DNA of 64,000 nt, taken from Octopus vulgaris. Lineage: Eukaryota. The translations under genes and the position numbers were made by a program. The notes under the pieces are model-generated. The model was given only the letters and a program-made list of their open reading frames with translations. It was not told the DNA's origin and did not search any database. The stretch spans positions 127,410,001 through 127,474,000 of the forward strand of contig OX597816.1 in NCBI GenBank assembly GCA_951406725.2. Direction: 5' to 3'. Positions within the stretch are counted from its first letter, which is position 1. Every line of letters begins with the position of its first letter. This document shows positions 50,106 through 64,000 of the stretch, piece by piece.

Positions 50106-53100
50106 TATTATTTCTTAACATGTATTACCATCAGTTACTGTATTATCATTAATGACCTTATCATAATCATTGTTACAGTATAGATGACATACTCAAATTG
50201 TAAAATGGTTTTTAAACATTCTTTAGCTACCCTATACACCCTAGCTTTTACTTATGTGAGCCATTTTACTGAATTCAGAAGTGAACTTGTGATAAATTCT
50301 TTATTACACATATGAGACTAGCTTCTTTGGGTATTGATTATTGATTTTAAAAGTCTAGGACTGGTCATAAGCTTATTTTAATATTTTAACAAACTTATGA
50401 CCAATATCTTTTTTTTATATTTTAAGCTTATGACAAATATCTTTTTAATATTTTATATTTTTTATATCATATTCTTTATAAAGCAAAGAATTTAATCTTT
50501 CTGTACATTGGCAAATTGTTTATAGAACTGTTGTTATTGGCATTACTAATTATTACAAAATCTAATTTCAAATGAGTCTATTTTTATGCCTTCTTTGTGA
50601 ATTAATCATCAAATTCGATATTTAATGATGAAATAAAATTCAACAATGACAGACATATTTAAATAAGTAATGGTATTTCAATGTCATTGGTTTCCCTTGC
50701 TTTTCTGATGAAACAAAACATAATTGTAGACTTCCCAATGAATAACTGCTCAGCTTATGTGAATTTTATTTCAAACATATGTGAAAGTGAATATCATTTA
50801 CATGACTTTAGTTTATCAATGCACTCCAAATAAAACATAATATAGAAACCATTTTAAAAAAAATAGACAAATTAATTTTTAATATATATGCACTTTTGGA
50901 ACAGATAGTCAGAGATAATACCAAAATAAACTTCCTTGGTAGATATATTAAATTTAGTAAATAGTTTGTAATATCAAGACAGAAATATTTAATGTATCAA
51001 AGTAAAAGAGAATAAGATAGTTTATTATTTTAAGAATAAATTTGCCTATGTCTAAAGCTATATGCAATAAATAAAAATATAAATTACAATATTTGATTGC
51101 TGTTGAGATTGAGCTTGAATCTACTGGACAAAACTAGGTTTGATGCATTTTGAAGAGAATGAAATGACTTAGAAAATATCTAAGGTAAATTGTTTCTTTA
51201 GATGTGTACATCTGTGTAAAAAAGTGAAACAGATAATGTTTAAGTTTCAGAAATGTTTAATTTAATAACGTGTAAGGTATGAGGTTCACTAATGAATAAT
51301 TTTCAAAATTAGCTTTTAAACTTGTCATATAAATGCAGTTACATCTTGGGCATTGCCTGATTTTATTTCTTTATTTATCTTATAAAGTTTTCTGATAATG
51401 CATCTTCATTTGTATCAGTATCATTTCTCACATTAAAAATATGTGTATGTGTGCGTATATATTTATATATATATATATATATATATAAATATATACATAT
51501 ATATATATATCTTAATGAAATAAATTGATTTTTCATCTATTTAATTTTATATTAATATTTTTAAAACCAATTTCAATATTCAAGTGATGTGTTTTAAAAA
51601 TTAATCAACAAAGAGTTATGATTTGGGGTTATGTCTGTAAAATTCACATCATATTTTACTGAAATATGAAAGATAAACATTTTGGTTCTTCATCACTTTG
51701 CGAATAAGTTTTTCATTTTATAATCACAGTTATCTAAATAAAGAAATCCATTAGTGCATCTTTATAACCCTTTTTTAATAGCACTAATGATAGTCAGTTT
51801 ATCATTTTCAACAAGTTATGATACACAAATTTAATTCTATATTTCACATCTAGTTTCATTTCTCTGATGCAATGCAAAAATAGATAATATCAAATAAATA
51901 TGTGTATACTGAACTTGCTTTTCTTTTCTAACTTACCAAAAAGGGTTCTTAATTCAAATGTATATAATATCTAGTATCTACTCTGTAAGTCTAAAATTAG
52001 AAATCGGTAGAAAACAGATTTGGTAGAAAAAGTAATTCAATGTATTGCAGCATTTAGTTCTACTTCATGTTGCCTTTACTTCACTTTTCACCCTTACAAC
52101 ATCAATAAGTCAATGCCAGTCAAGTACTGAGGTAAATTTAATCAAATGTTCCATTTCCAAAATAACTTCTAATTTTGATTTTACCTTATACACAAAGAAA
52201 AGCAGCAGAGGGACAACAATTGTTGAATGATGGACTGAAACTGTAGTATTTAGCTTTGTCTACAATTTAAGTTCAAATTCCATTGCAATTGGCATTACTT
52301 TCATCCAGTCAGAGTAGAAGAAAAAGATCCAGCTTTGTACTGAGGCCAAGTCAATCATCTGAAATTTGTAGTCATGTGCCAATGGGAAAAATCAATATGT
52401 ATTTTTATCTTCAAAAGTATATCTTTGTAGGTAATCTGAAATTTCTTTCTTATATACAATATGAAGTAGTTTATGTACTCTCATACATGGTTACTCCATA
52501 AAATAACCAATAGAAATTCTAGCTGTAACAAAGAATACCAATCTTCATAAATCTCATAGATTTGTGAGCTTTCTGTTGTAAAAATTACCAACACAAATAT
52601 TTAAGATACTTTCAGAGTCTCTTTAAATGGTTTATTTTGGTTAGTGCTGCAAAATCTTGAGTTAGGCACTACTTTTATGAGCCCCTAAGGCGAAAATTGT
52701 TAACTAAACATGTTTCTGATCAGATAACATATCAACTTTTTTCAGTTTCCTCCTGCTTAAGTTGTAAAAGAAAACTGTCAAACATGTTCCAAATATTTTT
52801 AATTTTGTGATTTCTTCCCAAAATACTTTGTGAACTCTGTAGCAGTTTTCTCAAATATCAATTTTGAGCTTACTTTCACAACTAGGTTTCACAATATTGA
52901 ACTTCCACTCAATAGGGAATAAATATGGGGATAACTTATACAACCTTGCCAAATTACTACATAATGTCAATATTTTCTTCCACATTCTTTTGAATTCAGT
53001 TATATTTTATATCATTTGTTAATACAAAAGTCATCTACATTTTACACTTCAAATAATTTTTTTCAAAATTTTCCCCTGATTAATTGGTAGAAAGAAACAC

Positions 53101-54974
53101 AGAACCAAATCTCCAGTCTTGTTATTTTTTTCTAGTTTTCATTATTACTTTATTTTACATATTTATTGTTTTCCCTCACCCTTTGCAGCAAAAATCATTC
53201 CACAAGATTATAAATTGTCAAATACAATTATATAGTGATTTTTATCATATATTCAATTCAAAATAACACACATCAAAAAATATTGTATATTTTTTGTTGT
53301 GGAAAATATACATATTCTAAGTTACTAAATAGTTATTAGGAATATGATATTGGTGCTTTGTATCATTAACTGAAGTTAATTGTGAACCATAAAGAAAGTT
53401 TGGTAAACCAACAATCTGTATAGATCTATAAAAATATAACCAACAAATAAAATATCAATGATACTTTTCTTTCATATAATGTATATGTATTTATGTATAT
53501 ACACATACATGCATACAAACACAACATGCATATATATGTATATCATTAATTGTGGCACTTTTGTAATTCATTATTGTAGTTTGTGGGCATATTAAATTTT
53601 GCTTGTATGCATGCATTATATATTCTGTATGATATTTTTAATATAATCCACACAAGTTAGAGTAATTAGAATAGAACAAGCCTTTCCATCGATTATTTGT
53701 ATCTCATTCATATTTGAAAATGTTGAAACTGAAAAAGGTCAATGTCCTCATCAAAAATATTCTTTGAACACACTTTGTAGACAAAAGCCACCAAATAAGA
53801 ACTTCAATGAATATTGTTTTAGCTCTAATTTGGAAGACATTCAGTATTTGTGACTAAGCAAAGTATCTTTGTCAAATTAAGAGCAACAATCAAATCAAGT
53901 CAATTTCTTGTTCCTTACACTCACTACCATTAAGTGGAATTAATTGATATCACAACATAATCAATTTCTCTAAACCAGAACATTAGTTTAATCTAAGCAA
54001 TAGTTTTCGACACCGCTCTAAACAAGGTTTACTCCAATTCAACCAATATCTGACTTAATCAATAGTTCTTCTTAGCATATCAAACATTTGAGAACCGCGT
54101 CTCAGGCAGTTTTCCAATAATGTCATCATATATTCAGTATCCAAACTTATAAATACCTTAATTCCAATGCATTTGCTATTATCTAGAAAACAAATTAGAA
54201 AGTAATTGAAAGTATCTTTAAATGAATTTTATTCACCAGTTCTGTTTTTAGATTTTATTTCCATTTTGCATTTATAATTTGAAAATATTATGCAAATGAT
54301 ATTCATTATAATGAAAAATATTAGATGTACTCTTAAAATGTACTGTATAAATCTTTGGCTTGGACATTCTTCATTTGTAAAATGTGATTATATGCAGAGA
54401 GTTCTATCTACAGACAAATATGTTCTATATGTGGTTATATTCTAGTTCTTATCTGACTGGTGATAATTTATGTCATTTAATTGTAAAGTAAGTAAAAGAG
54501 TTAAAAATTAATCTCAGTGGTTTTGAATTCAAAGGTGGTAAATAATCATTAAACATCATAAAACCCTAATCTTATTCTCAACTCTTCAATAATAATTCTA
54601 TTATCTGTCCTGGAAGAAAATTATGATCTAGGTTATAAAGTGAAGTCTTTTCCATGGGCTACTAAACAGTTTGAAGTATTTTTGAAACACTTAGTAACAG
54701 ATATTATTCACTGTGTACATTTCAAAATGATACTAATTATTAAACATCATTTCTTGCTGTCAAGCCAACTCAAAACTCTGATTACTACACTATGAAGGCA
54801 TTTGATTGTATCATAGTCTAGTATTGTTAAATGGATTATTAGTAAAATAAATCAAATATTTGTAACTGTAAAAAGTGAGAAAGTGGAAGTTGCTATGAGA
54901 CTGTTGATGTTAGTATTAACTAAAAAGGACATCTAAGCTTTATTGAGATATCAAAGTGTGCTGTTAGCCTAGAT

Positions 54975-55296
54975 CAGTGGTTCTCAACCAGGGTCCATGG
55001 GGCCCTGAGAGTCCATATGAGATTTGGGGCGGGGGGTCCACACAACAAAATAGGAAATTGGGGATCCACAATAGTATTTTAAGGGCCCCTGAAAAAATTT
55101 TGCTTTAGATCTATGTATTGGTATGTATTGCAAGAAACAGCTAACATTTTACATAGTTCAACTTACACAAGTTAATGTGTGAAAACATTAATAAATAGTA
55201 TTCTATAAAACTCGTTTTTAAACATTGAATGGCAGTGGGTGGGTCCACCAGAAGAAATAGCAATCATAGATAAAAAAGAATGGTTGAGAATCCCTG
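54975..55296. mobile_element. hAT (Charlie-like) MITE, 322 bp
   Basis: TIRs CAGTGGTTCTCAACCA / TGGTTGAGAATCCCTG. Perfect 8-bp TSD GCCTAGAT at 54967-54974 and 55297-55304. Confidence 0.92.
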
Positions 55297-55794
55297 GCCT
55301 AGATCATTGGATGTTGATGAATTAGTCTGATCTTTCATTTTTGAATTAATTAATATGTAAAGAGTGGCAGAATACATAATGAAGAAAATATTTGTTTAAA
55401 GTATGGTCAAAGTATGCAAAGGGGCCATTTGAAAAGTTTCTTTCTGTTTAAATTTTTTGTTGTTCATATCCAGCAACATATACAGTTCTTCTCCAACTTG
55501 TACACATGAGACTATTTGAATTCAACCCTGAATGCTAACAAAACTTTCATTAACCACCAAATTCTTTTGTGACTTAATAGCAGTGAATTTTAATACTCCG
55601 GTTGTTTATTTACAGTTATGTGCGTTGGTCCATTCGAGAATTAAGCGATTTGCCTATAGCCACAAAACAGCTTTGGGAATTTATTCAATTTTGCAGGCAC
55701 TCTTTGACCTATTTAAAAACTAAGCTTAATTAGGTCCATGATGTTATTCTGTTTAATATCCAAACCCAACACTTTAGTTGTGCCAAAAGAAATA

Positions 55795-56010
55795 TTCTTT
55801 TCTATTCTAGGCACAAGGCCCGAAATGTTTGGGGAGGAGGCCAGTCGATTAGATCAACCCCAGTGCGCAACTGGTACTTATTTTATCGACCCCGAAAAAA
55901 TGAAAGGCAAAGTCAGCCTCAGCAGAATTTGCATTCATAACATAATGACAGACAAAATACCACCAAGCATTTCGCCTGGTGTGCTAATGTTTCTGCCAGC
56001 TCGCCGCCCT
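55795..56010 (-). mobile_element. SINE family B
   Basis: GGCACAAGGCCCGAAATG...ATCGACCCCGAAAAAATGAAAGGCAAAGTC...GCCAGCTCGCCGCC. Confidence 0.88.
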
Positions 56011-56416
56011 TGCCAAAAGAAATATTATTCCAATAATGTGTTGATGGTATCGTTATTGTTGACTGATAAATAACTGTCAGAGAACCCTCCTTTTGAGACT
56101 AGTGTTCAAATATATATCTTGATGTAATCACACCTTGTGACAGCTATTATGTTTCAGGTTGATAACTTAAGACAGATTAGACTGCTGAAGTGAAAAATAG
56201 ATACTATTCTTTCTTTTCTGTCGTGTGATAAATATGCAATCTCCATTTTCAAATATCTTCAATATCTTCTATAATCTTGTTAGCAAAGATACATGTATAA
56301 AGTGGGGTTTTTTTTTCTTAATGCTTTTTAAATACATAATAGTGTCATTTTAGAATATCATTATCATAATCATCGTCACCATTTTTGTTGGCATTGTTGC
56401 CAGTATCTATTATTGC

Positions 56417-56615
<199 letters not shown>

Positions 56616-56639
56616 ATGTATTATTACCATTATTATTTT

Positions 56640-58085
56640 CTCTCTATCACAGGTTTTGTTGGAGCTCGTGGAGTCCTGCATGCATAGTGGGTTTACTACC
56701 TGCAGTCTATGGTACTATGCTATTCATTCTTTTCAGCTATCTAATACCTTCCTGCTTGTTCTGGCTGTGCTAAAGAAGCAAACCTTATGTAACAGTTCTA
56801 ATGAGCACTGTATTCCAATTTCCTTCTTATATTGTTCCTAAGGACCCAACAATAATTGACACTGTCTTCACCTTCTTCATTTTCTATAGCCAAGGGTTGT
56901 ATCTATCTTTTTACTTTCCTTCTTGACTATTTGTGGGTCAAAGGGGCATGCAACGTCAACTATATAGCATATGTGGTGCACTTTGTCCACCACCACTAGG
57001 TCCAGTCTGTTATGCTCTAGCATCTGTTCTGTTTGGATTGGGAAATCCCAGAGGATTTTGCTAGTCTCTGTCTTTGGCACTCTCTGCAGTTTGTGCTCAT
57101 ACTATGTCTTGCCTCTGTCAAGCCCCCACTTTATGCACAGTTTCCAATATAGTGCTTTCACTACCTGCTCATGTCGCTACAACTTGTAGTGGCTTGGAGC
57201 TATTCTAGGGCATTCATTCGTGATATGGGCAATGGTTTCATCTACTCTATTGCAGGTGTGGCACAGCAGAGACACTTGCTCATTCCTTAGGTTGATCCTC
57301 CAGTTTGTGGTCAGAGCTTGGTCCTACACTGCCAGTATAATGCTCTCAATCTCTGTTTTAGAGTTCCTTTAATCAGCCAATCCCACCTATTTTTTCCAGC
57401 AACTTCTGTTGTGGCTACATGAACTTGATTGTGTAGTCCTTTGTTGCATAATTCTTCTTCATGTCCTTTTTGTACTTCTTCCTTTGTTTTTCCCTTTTTT
57501 GTTTACTCTCAATACTCCCTCATTCCTAATTGTCACTAGCAAGGTTTCCTTATTTTGGGCTAGGTATCTCATTAAGCTCTTGAGTTCAATACACATGCAG
57601 TCTTCCACACTTATCAATCCCCTTCCTCCATTCACTCTCTTCATGTATAGGGGATCAGTGTCTGCACATGGATGATGGGCTCCATGCATTGGTAGGAGCT
57701 TTTTTGACATCCTGTCCATCTCCTTTAGCTCCTCTTCTGTCCACTTCAGGATTCACCAAACTGAACTACTGTAACTAGGCGCTAGTTTATTGCTAAAATT
57801 ATATTTCTGGCATTCAGCTTGAAGCCAATATATTTCTTACTCGCCGCAGGTACTCTCCTTTTGTCTTCTCCTTCATGTCATGGTGTTTGATTCCATCTGC
57901 CTTAAGTATTCCCAGGTATTTTTAGCTGGATTGAGGTTGAGTTACCTTCATCATTTCAGCATTTGGCAACCATATGCCTTCTGTCCTGGCAAGCTTTCCT
58001 CATTTCATCACCATCGTAGCCCATTTTGAGAGTACAAACTCCATCTTGATATCATTGGAGAAAATTCACACAGACTGGACTAGGC
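56640..58085 (-). mobile_element. 5'-truncated R4/Dong-like LINE (RT C-terminus + REL endonuclease)
   Basis: IFSNDIKMEF (~58040-58065), MDRMSKKLLPMHGAHHPCADTDPLYMKRVNGGRGLISVEDC and KILWDFPIQT...NRLDLVVVDK...IVDVACPFD. Confidence 0.88.
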
Positions 58086-58599
58086 TTGAACTCAGCCAAA
58101 ATAGCTTCTGTAATGAGCCTATAAAACTTTAAGCTACATTGGGCAAAATCAGACTATCTTAGATAATAATTTATGTATCTCCTACTAAATGTAGTGAGTG
58201 TCTCTTTCTTTCATTTGTTCCCTGACATGTGTGTCTTTATGTGTGTGTGTATGTGTGTGTAAATATATGTATATGTTGAAATCCAGGCAGTATATACTTC
58301 CTATCTTGCATTGAGTAACGTTTCAGTATGGCATTATTCTTCCCTTTAGTACTAGTAATATTTTCTGCCTTATCCAAATTGTGCATATCCCTTTCCTTTT
58401 TGTTCACCTGAAATATCAATTCAACTGGTTATCTAAGATACCAATTATTATACCCTTCTATCATTCATTGCAACCATTATAACCTCTGATAACCATTGCT
58501 ATCTGTTCAAATGACAAACGTGTTTTGACATCTGAGTTAATAGTAATTATTATTTTTCATTTACTTTACTCTATCTTTTCTAATGCTGGTCTCTTCTGA

Positions 58600-59400
58600 A
58601 AGGTTTCCCATTTTATGCTGCCCCACATTAATCAGATAAGCTTCCTTTGAGAGACAACCTGAGTAGCATCTGTTTAATTTTTGTTCTTTGTTGATGAGGC
58701 ATAGTGTCCATAACCCATGCCAATTCTTCTTGGTATTAAATGTTTATGTACTTTATCTTCAGTTTAAACTTCAGGAGGAGCTTGAATGGGGGAATGGGTT
58801 CTGAAGTACCATAGAAATGTAAATGAATCATTTGGAAAAATGCTTAGTGTAGGTCTTCAGTGGAGATGACAGTAAAAAGGAGGCAGAGGGAAAGAAATAG
58901 CATGCCTATAGTGAATGTTTGGAGAGTGTGGCTCACTGAATCTTTGCTTATTAGCCAAACTATCTTTATTGGGGGCAGTCTAAAATGCTTCTATATTAAG
59001 TAGCAACTTCTATCAGATATGTGAGTAGCACTCTGATGTAGATTACACTTTTTATTTGTAGGTAGTATGATGTGAAATTGAACAGCGTTTAAGAGATTGC
59101 TTAGCCTTGGGAGTGCAGCTTTATAGATAGAAAAGATGCTCATCATTGAAGATCTCCAATTTTGCATACTTTGTCTTTTGAGGGTTTTAGCTATGTTGTT
59201 CATAATTGAAGGTGTAGTGCAAGACTATTTCCTTCCAGTGTTTTAATTGTTTCTTTTCCTTTTCTTTTTTTGGGGCTGTTAAAAGATGCTCATTTTTCCT
59301 GCCTTCATTCGCCTGTGCTTTCAAGGTTCTTCTTCCTTGAAGTAGTGCGAATTTAATACAAGTTATCCACATATAAGTGATACCTACACGCACGCAGAGT
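58600..59400 (-). mobile_element. Possible highly decayed Penelope-like RT remnant
   Basis: Weak motifs only: ALPRL...IILPTNK (cf. I.PADKG; ORF 58991-59203) and LLFTV..EDL downstream. Confidence 0.3.
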
Positions 59401-60260
59401 GTTAAAGACAAATTAAGGGTGAGACCACCTGCAAAAGAGTATGTGGTTAGAAATAAAAGTATGATTAAAAGTACAAACAGTATAGTATGTAAGTTTTAGG
59501 TGTAGCTGACTGAGAAAATGAGAATACCATCTATACATCTAACAACGGAGAGGCTGAAAGGAATCTTCCAGTTGAAAATTACATAAAAAGAAGTAAAGAT
59601 AATAGCTAGAAATTTATTTAAGAGCTTCCCTTGTCAGACTTTGATGCTGCCAAGTGCTGTATTTGAAATGTTGCAAATTTTGCATATTTATTTGTTGGAT
59701 CCATGGTTCATCTCAACATCCATATTTTATTGCAGAATGTGTTTTATTTATCAGTTAGAGTACTGTAGAGGAGAAGCTATGAAGTCATTATAAGTTGCAT
59801 ACTTTTTGTAGGAAGTTACCATATCTCATAACTGATTGTCAGTTTAACAGTTGGAAGGTGATAGCATTCAAGTCAATTAGAAATTATCGTTATCTTCATT
59901 ATCAGCTACATTAATGCCACAGTTTTGCCAGTTTTACATGGTTCCTAATTCTATTAAGAGCCGCAGATTATTTAGTGATAATATAACATAGAATTTTTTT
60001 AATAATGGAAGTAAAATCTAACTTTCCAAATTAATGAAATGATAGTAATTTAATTACTGATGTCTACTGAAGAACTGAATACATCAATGAAAACATGTAA
60101 TGTGAATGGAGCATACATAGGTGAAAATTCTGATTTTATCATGGAGGGTACATGTGATAGAGTTTACTGGTTTCAACTAGAGATCTGTGACCATTTTAGA
60201 TGGCTAAGAAAGCATTGAAAAGAATCATGACTGCCAGATCTGAGAATATAAAACTGGGTA

Positions 60261-60510
60261 CGAGGCGCGTGGGTTAGTGGTTAGGGTGTCAGCATAATGA
60301 TCATAAGATTGTGGTTCCAATTCCTGGACCAGGCAATGCGTTGTGTTCTTGAGCAAAACACTTCATTTCATGTTGCTCCAGTCCACTCAGCTGGCAAAAA
60401 TGAGTAACGCTGAGATGGACTGGCGTTCTGTGAAGCTGGGGAACACATACACCATAGAAACCAGGAAACCGGGCCCATGAGCCTGGCTAGGCTTTAAAAG
60501 GACGCATTTA
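60261..60510 (+). mobile_element. SINE family C
   Basis: Homologous to 49858 and 40250. Confidence 0.88.
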
Positions 60511-63182
60511 TTTATTTTACATGCATTGAGCATATAATAAGGCACTCTGCAGACCTATCCAAGCCCTTCCTGCCAGGGAAAAATATTTTAAATTGCAGGA
60601 CGATGATGGTAACAGTGTAGTGATTGTGATGTCGAAACACTGACAATAACAATTTGAATTGAACATTATATCAGAATGACATAGAGTGAAGAAATGAATT
60701 TATAAGTTCTATGTGTGTGTATATACTGAGATATACAAAACAATATGTATATGTGTGTAAGTATAGTTTTACTTTAAAAAAAGATCTCTCTTAAATCTCA
60801 AAAACAATAACAGTAAAAGCTTAATACATTTTATATGTAAATATAAAACCATTAAAGTCCATTAATAGAACAAGATTAGCAATGTCTTTTAATGTGAGAT
60901 GAGATAGAATCTACTGTTTGTTGAAGGAAAACAAAAAAAAGAAAGAAACTTAAAATTTAGTATCTTATGAAGCTGAGAAAGCAATTTTGTTAACATAGAT
61001 CAAATAATATATTATCAGCTGGTAGTTTTTCACAGCCAGTATTATCAAGTACTAATCAGTGAAATAAGGAATAGTAACTATGTTTAAAAATGACTTGTCA
61101 TTGGAAAATAAAAGCATCAAAATCATTTTCTTCTATTGTTATTGGTCATCTCATCTAAAGGAAATTAAGTTATTTCTTATCTCAAATACTAATTTCTTAC
61201 TTTCAACTTTCTCATTCTTGTGTTGGTGATTTAATTTTTTTATTTTTAGAAATTTCATATAAATGAAAACTGTTTCGTTTTTTTTCAATAATATTTAAGC
61301 TTGATTTTATTTTTTTAAATTTTATTTGTATTAATTTTTTTTTTACTTTAGATAGAATCTCAGATAAACTAATTTCACATAGTTTATGATGCTTGAAAAT
61401 GATAGTTAATAGAATAAATTTTAATAAACATTCAATAGGGAAGGGCAAATGAGGATTGACTTTATTTTTTCATTATAAAATATCAGAATATTAACTGAAA
61501 AATATCAAATAAGAACTAGTCAAATGAGCAGGGTTTAACTAAGGGAAACTGGGCATCATGTGTTTACCAATGATAACTGCAATTACAAAGATTGTATTTG
61601 AGAACAGAAATAATTAAATAGCTGCCAATAATATGCATCCTGTCAATAGAACTGTATTTTGTCCCAGACAGGGTTACTTATTCTGAACAATGGCCCAGTA
61701 CACCTAGAATGAAAGAAGTGTATGAGAAGAGTAAAGACTACTTTTAGAAATACTTTACATTTAGTACAAAATAGCTTTTCTCTTTTTTTTTTTATTAGAA
61801 ATCACTGACATATCATTGGTGCTGGGCTAATGTGGAGTGAATATTATAACTTTAGTATAATATATGCTACTATAAAATAAATGCTAGATGGCTGAATGAG
61901 AGCATATTATATTTATAGATAATGCATAAAATGTAAAATGGATTTGTAATAGAATTTTTTAGTTATAAATCTTAAATATATGGCCTTTCATAAACATAAT
62001 GATCTGGTGATATATTTATGAGATAATTTCGCTTTGCACAGAGTAATATGCAGTATTTGGATTAGCAAGCCCATTTCCCCAATATAATTTATTTTAAATT
62101 TGTTAACTGTCAGCGAATATTTTCTTAATTCTATTTACGAGAGAACTACATGCAAAGCATCTTAAACCCAACAGAACATACTATAATAGGAGGGATTTAG
62201 GATAAGTTACATTTTATATGTTTCTTTAGCTATTAAGAAGAAATAGAATCTATGAAAGATTAAGTGAGTTACAAATGAATTCTAAATTTTTGTTGTGACT
62301 CAAATTGCAATATTCAAGCAAAAGTTTATAGAACTTTCTTGGAACTAATAATTTGAAATGTGATAAAGATACAAATCATTAAAAGAAACCATGCAATGTA
62401 ACATTCACAAAATTAAAGAATGGATCAATGTAAAATTAGATAAATAAGAAACAAGTTAGAGTACTTGGAAAACTCATAATGGAAAACAAATTGAGTAAAC
62501 TGAAGAAAGAAAAACGGCAAAGAAAATACCAACAACGTGCATACACTTGTGAACAGGAGACATGGAAAGATAGAGATGGACCAAAAGAAAAAGAAAACTT
62601 AGTATAAACAATGAGAGAATAAGCTTAACTATGCATGTTTACAATAGATAAAAAAAGGAAAAGTTATTTAAAATTCATAAGTAAAAGATACTTTATAAAA
62701 CAAATTCTGTTTTAAAAAAAGATACCACAAAAATGAAATAGTGAAAATACAATTTTAACGGCTAAGAAGTTTGACTTAAAGAAAAAACCGTTTGGATTTC
62801 AGAATTCTCTTGCTCTTACTCAGCATTCCTCTCACTAGTATGAATTTATTCATACGTATTATAGTTTGTTTGTAAATTTTGTGGTTAACATTTTTCTTTT
62901 AATAGTTAAATTGCAGCCTCCATCATAAGATTAATAGGCATTGAGGTGAATGACTGAGTTTATCAACAATCTATATGAAGTGGAAGATAGGCAAAAGAAC
63001 AGCATTTAAAATATACTTCCCCACTCCATTTTTTTTTTCAAATACACTGTAATCCTTAAAATGTCTTATAATGCATTTCTTACTATGGCAACTAATAACT
63101 TCTAAAGTTGTTACATACTATCAAAATACTCTTTTCTGGAATTTGAAAGAAAAAGTAACAACTTTCATCAAATTGTAAAACT

Positions 63183-63250
63183 AAACCATATCAGTAATTA
63201 AAAAGCAGATTAATACAAACCATATCAGCAATTAAAAGACAGATTAATAC
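63183..63250 (+). repeat. 34-bp tandem dimer
   Basis: AAACCATATCAG(T/C)AATTAAAA..CAGATTAATAC, two copies. Confidence 0.85.
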
Positions 63251-64000
63251 AAAAACGAAATAATGATAATATTTAGCTATTTGCAAGATATAACAAGGAG
63301 TATCTAATTTTTAAAACCAATTAAATTAAACTTTCCTGTAATTAATACAGAGTTGTATAAATCTTCGCCTAACACCAGATTTGATTAAAATTAATAACAA
63401 AATCTGTTTTTCTCTCCTCCATGCAGTGATGATTCTAACTAATGGAAACTATTTTGCTCTCTCTATAATGTATGTTAGTATTCACTCAGCTTTTGTGTTT
63501 CATGTGAATGACATCTCTAGGTAATTTCTTTCACTCATTTTATAGTCTCACTAGCTTGTGTTTAATTCTTATATATCTGTATAGTAGTTTCTATCATTTG
63601 ATCTGGCAGCTCAAAAAGCCTATGCTTTACTGAGAATGTTTGATAAGACTGAAACATGTCTCTGGTTAGCATTGTGCTTGGTAAAGATCAGATTAAATTA
63701 ATTTTAGTCTTGAGTTAATGTTTTAATTTTTTTACTGCAAACATGATTCTAATTTTTGATTTATTAAAATATTGGAACTGGCCTCTCTTTGTCTTCACTA
63801 AATTTAATTAACATTGTCTCCTCAGTGCAGCAATAATTTTAATTAACTGATGAAGTATTAGCGCAAAGCAGTGTTTAGGTATGAGCAGAATTTAGGCTAG
63901 TAGAAATATGTTTGTGACACATTTCAACTACTGTGGAGAATAAATCTCTGTCATGGTAAAAAGGTGTTGAAACACCAGTTCGTTCATTGTCGTCACCTAT

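Noticed and set aside
50200-54900. Long AT-rich stretch with few repeats (also ~24000-26100 and 60600-64000)
   Set aside because: No ORF, structure or motif that I can support. Conserved non-coding elements cannot be assessed without alignments.
58299-58408. Possible minus-strand exon (tttcag|VNKKERDMHNLDK...|gtatat), and a similar one at ~33791-33842
   Set aside because: Weak donors, no recognisable peptide, and adjacent to decayed retroelements. Indistinguishable from chance.

Overview
AT-rich, repeat-saturated eukaryotic DNA that looks intronic or intergenic. The SINE families and microsatellite style resemble an octopus (coleoid cephalopod) genome; this is recognition from memory, not a search. 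I can support no intact host protein-coding gene, and nearly all ORFs in the track are microsatellite or SINE read-throughs or transposon remnants. Retroelements: three decayed R4/Dong-like (RT+REL) LINE copies, a long Penelope-like (probably Naiad-type) RT remnant, a cryptic decayed Gypsy-like LTR element that the ORF track does not reveal (gag zinc knuckles, integrase and diverged LTRs, with no room for RT), and about four SINE-like families. DNA elements: a full-length and an internally deleted mariner, an IR/DR-type Tc1 element broken by a multi-template insertion, mariner, piggyBac and hAT MITEs, and a non-autonomous Helitron. Other structure: long foldback inverted repeats, degenerate hammerhead-like motifs and a higher-order tandem expansion. 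I found no convincing novel biological system. The best leads are the Tc1 rearrangement, the RT-less Gypsy element, the hammerhead-like/foldback cluster at 33.9-35.4 kb and a few weak candidate exons. Boundaries of degenerate elements are approximate.
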